From the NCBI GenBank assembly GCA_049515535.1, contig JBEKTZ010000002.1, forward strand, positions 147,467-211,466: 64,000 nt of DNA, given 5' to 3'. The notes beneath the pieces were generated by a model, which worked only from the letters and a program-made list of their open reading frames with translations, did not search any database and had not been told where the DNA came from. Source of the stretch: Candidatus Aminicenantales bacterium (GTDB lineage: Bacteria; Acidobacteriota; Aminicenantia; Aminicenantales; UBA4085). Shown piece by piece: positions 45,905 to 54,351 of this stretch. How positions within the stretch are numbered: the first letter of the stretch is position 1; the number at the start of each line of letters is the position of its first letter. Made by a program: the position numbers and the translations under genes.

Positions 45905-48118
45905 ATGGGCAGCTCCATCAAAGCGCGCTCTAAGATCGTCCTGGCTGCGCTTTTATGGCTTGGCGTGGGGTTGCCTCTCTTTGCCTATATCGGGCCGGGC
46001 GCCGGATTCGCTTTCCTGTCCTCGTTTCTCGTCCTGTTTCTGACATTTATCCTCGCCGTCTTTTCTTTTCTCTCCTGGCCGTTCCGCTTCTTTTTTCGCC
46101 TGATTCGAGGCGGCAAGGCCTACAAGAAAAGCCGCACGGACCAGGTCGTCATCATCGGCCTGGACGGTCTCGCGCCCGAATTGGCCGAGAAATTCATGGC
46201 CGAGGGCAAACTCCCCAATCTGGCAAAGCTGAAAAAAGAAGGCTTTTACGCCCGGCTCCAAACGACGACGCCGGCCATTTCTCCCGTCGCCTGGTCTTCC
46301 TTCATGACGGGTTCCAACCCTTCCAAACACAACATCTTCGATTTTTTGAGCAGGGACCCGAGGACATATCTGCCCGATCTGTCCTCCGCCCGCATCGGCC
46401 CCCCAAAAAAAACGCTTTCCATCGGCAAATATAAAATCCCGCTTTCCAAGGCCGAGATCCGGGGAATGCGAAAAAGCGTCCCATTTTGGAAGATCCTCGG
46501 AGACCATGGGATTTTCAGCACCATCCTGAGGGTGCCGATCACATTCCCGCCCGAGAAATTCAAAGGGCATTTGCTTTCCGGGATGTGCACGCCCGACCTC
46601 AAAGGCAGCCAGGGGACATTCTCCTTTTATACGTCCGACCCGGCCAAAATCCAGAAGCGCGAAGGCGGCATCGCGATTCCGATCGAGGTCAAAAACGATC
46701 GCGTGGAAACGTTCATTTCGGGTCCCGAAAATACCATGCTGAAGGAACCCAAGGAAATCCGCCTTCCCCTGACGATCGTGATCGACCGCCTGAAGGATGA
46801 AGCGCGGATCGAAACGGCGGGACGGAAACTCACGCTCAAGAAAAATGTCTTCTCGCCGTGGACAAGAATCACCTTCCGGCCGGGTCTGGGCTTCAAGATC
46901 AAATCCATATGCCGCTTCTATGTCTCCCAGATCTCGCCTCATTTTGAGATGTACGTCACTCCGCTCAACATCGATCCGGAAAAGCCCGCCCTGCCGATCT
47001 CCCATCCCTTCATCTATTCCGTGTATCTGGCCAAACTCCTGGGCAGCTTCATCACTCTGGGCGAAGCCAACGATACCTGGGCCTTGAACGAAAACGCGCT
47101 CAGTGAAAGCGCGTTTTTGGACTTGACCTATTCCAATCACAAGGAATGGGAAGGGATGTTGTTCAACGCCCTGGACAAGACAAAAAAGGGCCTTGTCGTC
47201 TGCGTCTTCGAGACGACGGACAGCATTTCCCACATGTTCTGGCGTTATCTGGACAAAGCCCATCCGGCCCTGAAAAAAGGGCCGTCTGCTTTGGGGCCTC
47301 AGGTCATCGAAGATCTCTTCGTCAAGATGGACGAAATGATCGGGCGCGTCAGGGAAAAAATGTCCGCCGAAAGCGCGCTTTTCATCATGTCCGATCACGG
47401 TTTCAAGTCGTTCCGCCGCGGCGTCAATGTGAACGCCTGGCTTCACAAAAACGGCTATCTGTTTTTGAAAGGCGAAAAAACCGAATCCGGGGAATGGTTC
47501 AAGGACGTGGATTGGAAAAGAACCAAGGCCTACGGCTTGGGACTGGGCGGATTGTATATCAATCAGAAGAACCGCGAGGCCGAGGGTATCGTCGACTCCG
47601 ATCAGGAGGCCAAAGCCCTGCGGGCCGAGCTTCTCCGGAGGCTCAGCGGTTTGAAAGACGAGCAAAATGGAGAGGTCGCGATCAACCGCGTCTATGACCG
47701 GGACGAAATCTATTCCGGCCCATATAAAGATAACGCGCCCGATCTGATCATCGGTTACAATGCCGGCTATCGGGCCTCTTGGGAAGGCGTCGCCGGGATC
47801 GTAAAAGACGCGATTTTCGAGGATAACGTCAAAGCCTGGAGCGGAGACCATTGTATCGACCCGCCGTGCGTTCCCGGCGTGCTTTTCTCGAGCCTCAAAC
47901 TGGGCGTCAAGGGACGAGCCTTCGCGGCGGAAATTGACCCGCGGGCAAAGCCCGGGGCCCCGTCCGCCGTCGAGACGCCTTCGATCATGGATATCGCCCC
48001 AACCGTGCTCGAGCTTTTCGGCCTTGAACCGCCGGCCCATATGGACGGCCGCTCGCTGCTCGAAAAAAAACTCCCGTCCGGATCCTCTCGGCCGCAAGAA
48101 AGAGAGAAGCCAAAGTGA
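45905..48118 (+). CDS. NPP-type phosphodiesterase 2, membrane anchored, with in-frame repeat insertion
   Basis: N-terminal hydrophobic segments; IGLDG, PAISPVAW, TDSISH, SDHGF and GDH motifs. Confidence 0.88.
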   Translation: MGSSIKARSKIVLAALLWLGVGLPLFAYIGPGAGFAFLSSFLVLFLTFILAVFSFLSWPFRFFFRLIRGGKAYKKSRTDQVVIIGLDGLAPELAEKFMAEGKLPNLAKLKKEGFYARLQTTTPAISPVAWSSFMTGSNPSKHNIFDFLSRDPRTYLPDLSSARIGPPKKTLSIGKYKIPLSKAEIRGMRKSVPFWKILGDHGIFSTILRVPITFPPEKFKGHLLSGMCTPDLKGSQGTFSFYTSDPAKIQKREGGIAIPIEVKNDRVETFISGPENTMLKEPKEIRLPLTIVIDRLKDEARIETAGRKLTLKKNVFSPWTRITFRPGLGFKIKSICRFYVSQISPHFEMYVTPLNIDPEKPALPISHPFIYSVYLAKLLGSFITLGEANDTWALNENALSESAFLDLTYSNHKEWEGMLFNALDKTKKGLVVCVFETTDSISHMFWRYLDKAHPALKKGPSALGPQVIEDLFVKMDEMIGRVREKMSAESALFIMSDHGFKSFRRGVNVNAWLHKNGYLFLKGEKTESGEWFKDVDWKRTKAYGLGLGGLYINQKNREAEGIVDSDQEAKALRAELLRRLSGLKDEQNGEVAINRVYDRDEIYSGPYKDNAPDLIIGYNAGYRASWEGVAGIVKDAIFEDNVKAWSGDHCIDPPCVPGVLFSSLKLGVKGRAFAAEIDPRAKPGAPSAVETPSIMDIAPTVLELFGLEPPAHMDGRSLLEKKLPSGSSRPQEREKPK
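47906..47974 (+). repeat. In-frame palindromic element, short copy (69 bp)
   Basis: 62/69 identical to the two flanking blocks of 63210-63103(-). Encodes VKGRAFAAEIDPRAKPGAPSAVE. Confidence 0.85.
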
Positions 48119-50112
48119 ACGATCCCATCAGCCGCCGGAATTTTCTCAAATCGAGCCTTGGCGCCGCTTCTCTTATGGCCATGGGACCCCGGCCTTCTTG
48201 GGTAACGAAAGCCTACGGCAAAAAGGCGACGGCCCGTAAAGTCGTCATTCTCGGCTTTGACGGTATGGATCCCCGTATGACCGGAGCCTGGATGAAAGAC
48301 GGAAAGCTTCCCGCTTTTCAAAAATTGATGGGCCAGGGAGGTTTCCGTCCGCTCGGGACGAGCATCCCGCCGCAGAGCCCCGTGGCCTGGTCGAACTTCA
48401 TTGCCGGCACGAACCCGGGCGGCCACGGGATTTTCGACTTCATCCACCGCGACGCGAAGCGCTACCTTCCCGTTTTCTCGGCGTCGGCCACCGAAGAGAC
48501 GACGAAGACGATCCGCATCGGAAATACGCTTTTCCCGGTCAAGGGAGGGACCGTCAAAAACCTGAGGAAAGGAAAAGCCTTTTGGCAGGTCCTCGAAGAA
48601 CACGACATTCCCGCGACGGTCTTTAAGATTCCGGCGAACTACCCGCCCGTTCCTTCGAAACAAAGGACGATTTCCGGAATGGGGACGCCGGACATCGTCG
48701 GCAGTTACGGCTTGTTCCGCTACTACACCACCGAGCCCAAGGATATTAAAGAGGACATCGGCGGGGGCGAGGTCCGCCAGGTCTATGTCATCAACCATCG
48801 GATCGAGGCCAAGCTTCCAGGGCCCGTCAATGCATTCAAGAAAGACCGCCCCGAAGCCGAGATCGATTTCAAGGTCTTCATCGATCCGCAGAATCCCGTG
48901 GCCAAGATCGTCATCCAGGACCAGGAATTCATCCTCCGCGAAAAAGAGTGGAGCGGGTGGAAACGCGTCCGTTTCCATCTCATCCCGACCCAGGGCGTGA
49001 GCGGCATCTGCCTTTTTTATCTCAAAGAGGTCCGGCCGAATTTCAAGCTCTATATTTCTCCGATCAATATCGATCCGGGCGATCCGGCCCTGCCCATATC
49101 GACGCCGGCCTCCTATGCCGAAGAACTCGCCGGAAAATTCGGGCCCTTTTTCACGAAAGGCCTTCCGGCCGATACCAGCGCCCTCGATAACGATGTCCTG
49201 GACGAGGGGGAATTTCTCCAGCAGGACGATGTTGTCCTTCAAGAAAGCCGGACCATGCTGGATTATGAGCTCGCCCGTTTCGATTCCGGTTTGCTCTTCT
49301 ATTACATATCGAGCACGGACCAGCGCCAGCACATGTTCTGGCGCCTTTTGGACGACAAGCATCCGTTGCATGACGCCGCATTGGCCAAAAAATACGGAAG
49401 CGTGATCGAGGACACATACCGGGAGGCGGACCAGATCCTTGATCATGTCATGGGAAAAGTCGGCAAGGACGCGCTCATTCTGGTCATGTCCGACCATGGG
49501 TTCAATCCATTTTACCGGAGCTTCAACCTCAATACATGGCTTCGCCAAAACGGCTATTTGAAGCTCGCTAACGAGTTCAAAGAAGAAGACCTGGATCTGG
49601 CTTTCGCCGGAACCGATTGGTCCAGGACCAAAGCCTTCGGCGTGGGATTGAACGGCCTTTACATCAATCAGAAGGGCCGGGAGGCTGAGGGCATCGTTCC
49701 GGCCGGCCGCGAAAAAGAGAGCCTCGTCCGCGAAATCGCGGCGAAACTCGAAGAATTCGTTGATCCTAAAACGGGCGATAAGATCATCCGGAGGGCCTAC
49801 GTGGCTCAAGACGTTTATTCGGGGCCTTATGTCGACGAGGCACCGGAAATCATCCTCGGCTTCAACCGCGGCTATCGCATTTCCAATAAGTCGCCCCTGG
49901 GCCGCGTCCCAAGGGAGGTGGTCGAGGACAATCGGGCCAAATGGAGCGGAGACCACATGGGGGCCGCTGAGATCCTGCCCGGCATCCTGCTGGCCAACCA
50001 GCCGATCAAGGCCGAAGCGCCGGCGCTCACCGACCTGACGGCAACGATCATGGATGTCTTCGGCATCGAAAAACCGAAAGCCATGATCGGGACGACCATC
50101 TTCAAGGAGTGA
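48115..50112 (+). CDS. NPP-type phosphodiesterase 3, Tat-exported
   Basis: GTG start; SRRNFLK twin-arginine signal; GFDG, PPQSPVAW, TDQRQH, SDHGF and GDH motifs. Confidence 0.88.
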   Translation: MNDPISRRNFLKSSLGAASLMAMGPRPSWVTKAYGKKATARKVVILGFDGMDPRMTGAWMKDGKLPAFQKLMGQGGFRPLGTSIPPQSPVAWSNFIAGTNPGGHGIFDFIHRDAKRYLPVFSASATEETTKTIRIGNTLFPVKGGTVKNLRKGKAFWQVLEEHDIPATVFKIPANYPPVPSKQRTISGMGTPDIVGSYGLFRYYTTEPKDIKEDIGGGEVRQVYVINHRIEAKLPGPVNAFKKDRPEAEIDFKVFIDPQNPVAKIVIQDQEFILREKEWSGWKRVRFHLIPTQGVSGICLFYLKEVRPNFKLYISPINIDPGDPALPISTPASYAEELAGKFGPFFTKGLPADTSALDNDVLDEGEFLQQDDVVLQESRTMLDYELARFDSGLLFYYISSTDQRQHMFWRLLDDKHPLHDAALAKKYGSVIEDTYREADQILDHVMGKVGKDALILVMSDHGFNPFYRSFNLNTWLRQNGYLKLANEFKEEDLDLAFAGTDWSRTKAFGVGLNGLYINQKGREAEGIVPAGREKESLVREIAAKLEEFVDPKTGDKIIRRAYVAQDVYSGPYVDEAPEIILGFNRGYRISNKSPLGRVPREVVEDNRAKWSGDHMGAAEILPGILLANQPIKAEAPALTDLTATIMDVFGIEKPKAMIGTTIFKE

Positions 50113-50115
50113 ACC

Positions 50116-50307
50116 ATGGGCCAAGAGAAGATCAAGCTCGACAAAATCCTTTTGGACAAAGTGCGCAAATACGCGGGGCTCGCGGGGTATTCGTCCGCCG
50201 AGGAATTCATCGCCCATTGCCTCGAGAGAGAAATGGCCAAGCTCGAAGACACCGACTCCGAGGATGAAATCAGGAAAAAGTTGAAGGGGTTGGGATATCT
50301 CTCGTAA
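50116..50307 (+). CDS. Small RHH/CopG-like protein with C-terminal LKGLGYL motif
   Basis: AGGAG RBS; KIKLDKILLDKVRKYAGLAGYSSAEEFIAHCLERE; translationally coupled (TAATG) to the next gene. Confidence 0.7.
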   Translation: MGQEKIKLDKILLDKVRKYAGLAGYSSAEEFIAHCLEREMAKLEDTDSEDEIRKKLKGLGYLS

Positions 50308-51134
50308 TGGGCATTTTCAATCTCGCCTTCGGCAAGATCTTCGATGTCATTTTTTTTCCTTTTCGCGCGCTCGATCCGTGGGCGGCGATGATCGCCGTTT
50401 CGTTCCTGACGGGACTTCTGATGCTTTTCGTTTTCCACCGCGCCTCGAACCAGGAGGGAATCCGAGGGGCGAAAGACAAGATCAAAGCCCACCTCCTCGA
50501 ACTGCAGCTCTATAAGGACAGCCTGGCCCAGCAGCTCAATTCCCAGGGCAAGATCCTGCGGGCCAATTTTCGATATATCGGCTACGCCCTCAAACCCATG
50601 CTGATCACGATCGTGCCCGTCATGCTCATTCTCATTCAGCTCAATCTCTGGTTCGGATCACGGCCGCTTGATATCGGCCAGACGGCTCTCGTCAAGATCA
50701 AGCTGACGTCGCGCGCGAATCCGCTTCAAACCGACATTCGGTTGGAAACGCCTGCCGGCGTCGCTGTCGAAACGCCGGCCCTCCGGATCGAGGACGAACG
50801 GGAAATCGACTGGCGCGTCCGCGCCGTAGAGAACGGCGTCCATGTCCTCACCTTTCGCTTCGGCGAGGCCGTATTCACGAAAGTCCTGTCCGTCGGCCAA
50901 GGCCGCCTTTCCCGGATCGCCGCCGTTAAGCCGGGTCCCGCTTTTTGGAGCCAGGTTTTCAACCCCGGCGAAAAGCCGCTGCAGAAAGGCGCGCCGATCG
51001 AATCCGTGGAAATCGCCTATCCTCCCCTGAGATTGAGCTTGTTCGGTTGGCGCATGCACTGGCTCGTCGCCTATTTCGCTTTATCCATCGCCTTCGGCTT
51101 CGCCTTCAAAGGCGTATTCAAAGTCGAGATCTGA
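50307..51134 (+). CDS. DUF106/EMC3-TMCO1-like membrane protein with inserted soluble domain
   Basis: TM1, then basic coiled coil, then LKPMLITIVP TM2; terminal FGWRMHWLVAYFALS TM3. Confidence 0.55.
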   Translation: MGIFNLAFGKIFDVIFFPFRALDPWAAMIAVSFLTGLLMLFVFHRASNQEGIRGAKDKIKAHLLELQLYKDSLAQQLNSQGKILRANFRYIGYALKPMLITIVPVMLILIQLNLWFGSRPLDIGQTALVKIKLTSRANPLQTDIRLETPAGVAVETPALRIEDEREIDWRVRAVENGVHVLTFRFGEAVFTKVLSVGQGRLSRIAAVKPGPAFWSQVFNPGEKPLQKGAPIESVEIAYPPLRLSLFGWRMHWLVAYFALSIAFGFAFKGVFKVEI

Positions 51135-51145
51135 AAGGCCTCCCC

Positions 51146-52258
51146 ATGAACATCGAAACCTTCAAGCTCGAGCGATTTCAATCCACCTGGGAAAACATCG
51201 TGAAATACAACCTGGCCGAAAGCGGCGTCCATCCGCTGTCGCTCCATGATTTCGTCGGGAAAAAGGAACTCGAAAAGCTCCTCTCCCTGGAAATCGGCTA
51301 CAGCCAGACCAACGGGACTCCCGGGCTGCGAAAAGCCATCGCCGCCTTCTATCCCGGGATCGCTCCGGACGCGATCCAGGTGACGGCCGGCTCCACGGAA
51401 GCCAATTTCCTTCTCATGTGGCGCCTTATCGAGCCCGGCGACGAAATCGTCTTCGAGGTTCCCAATTACATGCAGATGTGGGGCCTCCTCCGCGGATTCG
51501 GGGCCAAAGTCAAGACGTTCCGCCTCCGGGAGGAAAAAGGCTGGAAGCCCGATCTGGACGAGCTTGGGCGGGCCGTGACAAAAAAGACCAAGCTCATCAT
51601 ACTGACCAATCCGAATAACCCGACGGGAGCCGTGCTGAGCCGGGAAGAGATGGACGAGATCATCAGAATCGCCCGGAAAGCCGGCGCTTGGATCCTGGCC
51701 GACGAAGTCTATCAAGGCGCCGAGCGGATCGGCGGGCGGACGCCGAGTTTTTGGAAACGCTACGATCGATCCATCTGCGTCAACGGCATGTCCAAGGCCT
51801 TCGGCCTGGCGGGACTGAGAATCGGCTGGATCGCCGCTCCCCTGTCCATGATCCGGAGCCTCTGGCCGTACCACGATTACACGACGATATCGCCCAGCGT
51901 TCTGAGCGATGCGCTGGCCCGCATCGCCCTTTCCCCGGTCCATCGCGACCGGATCCTCCGAAGAACGAGGACCATCCTGACGGAAAACTTCGCCGTGCTT
52001 GGATCCTGGCTCAAGACGTTTAGCGGGGTCTTCCGATGCGTCCCTCCGAGAGCGGGAGCCGTGGCCTTTGTCCACTACGATCTCAAGATCAATTCCACGA
52101 AGCTCGCCGAAAAAATCATCCGCGAGCAAAGCGTGTTCTTGGCTCCGGGCGACCTTTTCGAGATGGACCATTTTCTGCGCATCGGGTTCGGCGCGGAAAA
52201 AGAAAGACTGATCGAAGCGCTGGGCCTCATGAAAAAATCGATCGCGCGACTCCGCTAA
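51146..52258 (+). CDS. Class I/II PLP aminotransferase
   Basis: NPNNPTG, ADEVY and GMSKAFGLAGLRIGW motifs. Confidence 0.92.
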   Translation: MNIETFKLERFQSTWENIVKYNLAESGVHPLSLHDFVGKKELEKLLSLEIGYSQTNGTPGLRKAIAAFYPGIAPDAIQVTAGSTEANFLLMWRLIEPGDEIVFEVPNYMQMWGLLRGFGAKVKTFRLREEKGWKPDLDELGRAVTKKTKLIILTNPNNPTGAVLSREEMDEIIRIARKAGAWILADEVYQGAERIGGRTPSFWKRYDRSICVNGMSKAFGLAGLRIGWIAAPLSMIRSLWPYHDYTTISPSVLSDALARIALSPVHRDRILRRTRTILTENFAVLGSWLKTFSGVFRCVPPRAGAVAFVHYDLKINSTKLAEKIIREQSVFLAPGDLFEMDHFLRIGFGAEKERLIEALGLMKKSIARLR

Positions 52259-53319
52259 GGGACGCTTCGCACGTACGGCAGATTCTTCGTCCTGAGCTTG
52301 ATCAAAACCTTCGATTCCTGGTCCCACCCATCTTTGTCTTTCATCTTGAATGTAAGATTTAAGTCTTGAACCGTCTGGATTTTCGGCGGCTCAACGTCCT
52401 TATTGTCCTTTTTCTTGAAGAGGTCTTTTAAGAGAGAGTAAAGGGCGCTGATGACGGCGGGGATCGAGATCGAATTCATGGGGTCCGGCTCGTTGCGATG
52501 GAGCATCCAATCCGGTTTGAACCCGAAAGGATTAGGGTTCGGCTTGACGCCGATCTGCCACGAGACGGGATATTCCCTTTTCTGACTGGACATCACGAGC
52601 TCTCCCCCGACGTACATCGACAATTTGTATTCCAGGGGCGGGCCGCTCGCCGCCGCGGGCTGCGGCGGGGGGATCCGGGGCGCTGAGGCCTCGACATCGA
52701 GCGTGATCTCTTTTTTCAGGATCAGGCCGCCCGCCTTGATTTCCAAAATATAGACGCGCGTTCCCGGGTTGAGCACAAGCTCGTTGGCATCGAGGGCAAT
52801 GATGTTGAACCCGGCCTTGAGCTGACCCCCTTCGAGGACGTTCCCGTCCCGCGAAAACTTGTAGAGCGCTTCGTTGGCGACCACGACCACGAGCGGCAGG
52901 ATGCCCTGGGGGACGATGGTCTGATCTCCGATACCTTTAATGAGGGCGATCTCCGAGATGAAAGGATAGCGGCTTTTCCAAGCGTTCAGCCAACCGAGGA
53001 CGTCCGCTTGGCTGACCAGATCCAAAAACGCGAACCCGGTGTCTTGGGCCTTGCAGATCTCAAAGTATTCGACGATCCACCGTGTTTCGTTCAGCGGATC
53101 GTTTTGACGGCCGAAGGCGAACGCCAGAAGGCCGGACGCGTCGGCCTTGTCGATCGTGTTTTCCAGATTGTCATAGCTCCGGACGAGATAGTCCGACAGC
53201 TCCTTATAGTCTTTGTCTTTACTGAAGATCTGGGCGACGTCGGCCCGCCATTGGGCCCGCAGAGTCCCGGTGCATATCGCGAACAGCGCAAAAACGAGGA
53301 CCTTTTTTTTAATGGCCAT
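52255..53319 (-). CDS. Hypothetical exported protein
   Basis: Signal peptide MAIKKKVLVFALFAICTG; overlaps the TonB-like gene. Confidence 0.7.
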   Translation of the reverse strand: MAIKKKVLVFALFAICTGTLRAQWRADVAQIFSKDKDYKELSDYLVRSYDNLENTIDKADASGLLAFAFGRQNDPLNETRWIVEYFEICKAQDTGFAFLDLVSQADVLGWLNAWKSRYPFISEIALIKGIGDQTIVPQGILPLVVVVANEALYKFSRDGNVLEGGQLKAGFNIIALDANELVLNPGTRVYILEIKAGGLILKKEITLDVEASAPRIPPPQPAAASGPPLEYKLSMYVGGELVMSSQKREYPVSWQIGVKPNPNPFGFKPDWMLHRNEPDPMNSISIPAVISALYSLLKDLFKKKDNKDVEPPKIQTVQDLNLTFKMKDKDGWDQESKVLIKLRTKNLPYVRSVP

Positions 53320-54262
53320 ATTCGAACACGAAATAAAGCTCGAGGCTGGAATTAGGAAAATCCGCCGGAAGCGGAGGAAAGGGCGCGCATGCCTGAAGCG
53401 CTTTCAAGGCGGCCTGGTCCAGGACTTCGACTTTGGAGGGCGTCGCGATTTCAGCCGAGAGGAGTTCGCCGCTCTTGGCGATCATGACCGAGATCCCGAC
53501 TTCCCCCTTCCACCCCGCGTTTCCGGCCCGCCCGAGCGACCAGTTCTTCTGGATCTTCGTCAGGACCTGATTGGCCCAGGGAGCCAAATCGTAGCGGCGG
53601 ATATTGACCGAGACGCCGGCTCCGCGGGACTGTCCGCCGGACCCTTTGCCCCCGGGACCCGATGGGCCGCCTCCTCCTGAAGAACCGGTCAACGACGCGC
53701 CTGAACCGGCGTACTTGGAAAAATTGATTTCCCTCAGATCCCGATACCTGTTCGGCCTGAGAAGTGCATCCAACGGATTTTCCGGGGCCTTAGCCAAATT
53801 CAATGGGGCGTTTTTTGGATACGTGAGATGGAATCCCGAGAACGGTCCTTCTCCGGGCTGAACTCCGCTCGTCCCCGCGGATGAAGATTGAGCGGCCGTC
53901 CCGGCAACCGGGGCATTCGCGCCGCCGCCGCCTCCCGCCGGAGTGGCCGGCTTTTGGGCTTCTCCTTGTTCAGTCTTGGCCTGACCCTGTCCTGAAGTCT
54001 CGGAATCCCGGCCCGGCTTGATGATGACCGGTTCCGGCGGTCCGGCCGATGTCTTGACCCTGATGGGGACTTTTGGAAGGCGGACCGCGTCTTCGGGCAA
54101 CAAAACGACCGCCGTCACCTTCTCCCGGTCATTGAAAACCTTGTAATTGTACTTGGCGTGCAGAATGACATAGAGTCCCACGATATGAAGCGCCACGGAG
54201 AAAACGAAGATGGCGATTCTATTTATATATTCCGGTTTTCGGTCGAGAATTTTCGACTCCAA
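53309..54262 (-). CDS. TonB/TolA C-terminal domain protein (start uncertain)
   Basis: N-terminal TM (SVALHIVG), Gly/Pro-rich linker, and WANQVLTKIQKNW...LDQAALKALQACAPFPPLP. Confidence 0.8.
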   Translation of the reverse strand: MESKILDRKPEYINRIAIFVFSVALHIVGLYVILHAKYNYKVFNDREKVTAVVLLPEDAVRLPKVPIRVKTSAGPPEPVIIKPGRDSETSGQGQAKTEQGEAQKPATPAGGGGGANAPVAGTAAQSSSAGTSGVQPGEGPFSGFHLTYPKNAPLNLAKAPENPLDALLRPNRYRDLREINFSKYAGSGASLTGSSGGGGPSGPGGKGSGGQSRGAGVSVNIRRYDLAPWANQVLTKIQKNWSLGRAGNAGWKGEVGISVMIAKSGELLSAEIATPSKVEVLDQAALKALQACAPFPPLPADFPNSSLELYFVFEYGH

Positions 54263-54351
54263 AACGATATTTTAGCATAAATCGGACCTCTATTATCTTA
54301 ATGCCTTTTCCGCCGAAGTCGTTACAAATAATTTTAATGAAAGGAATGTTT

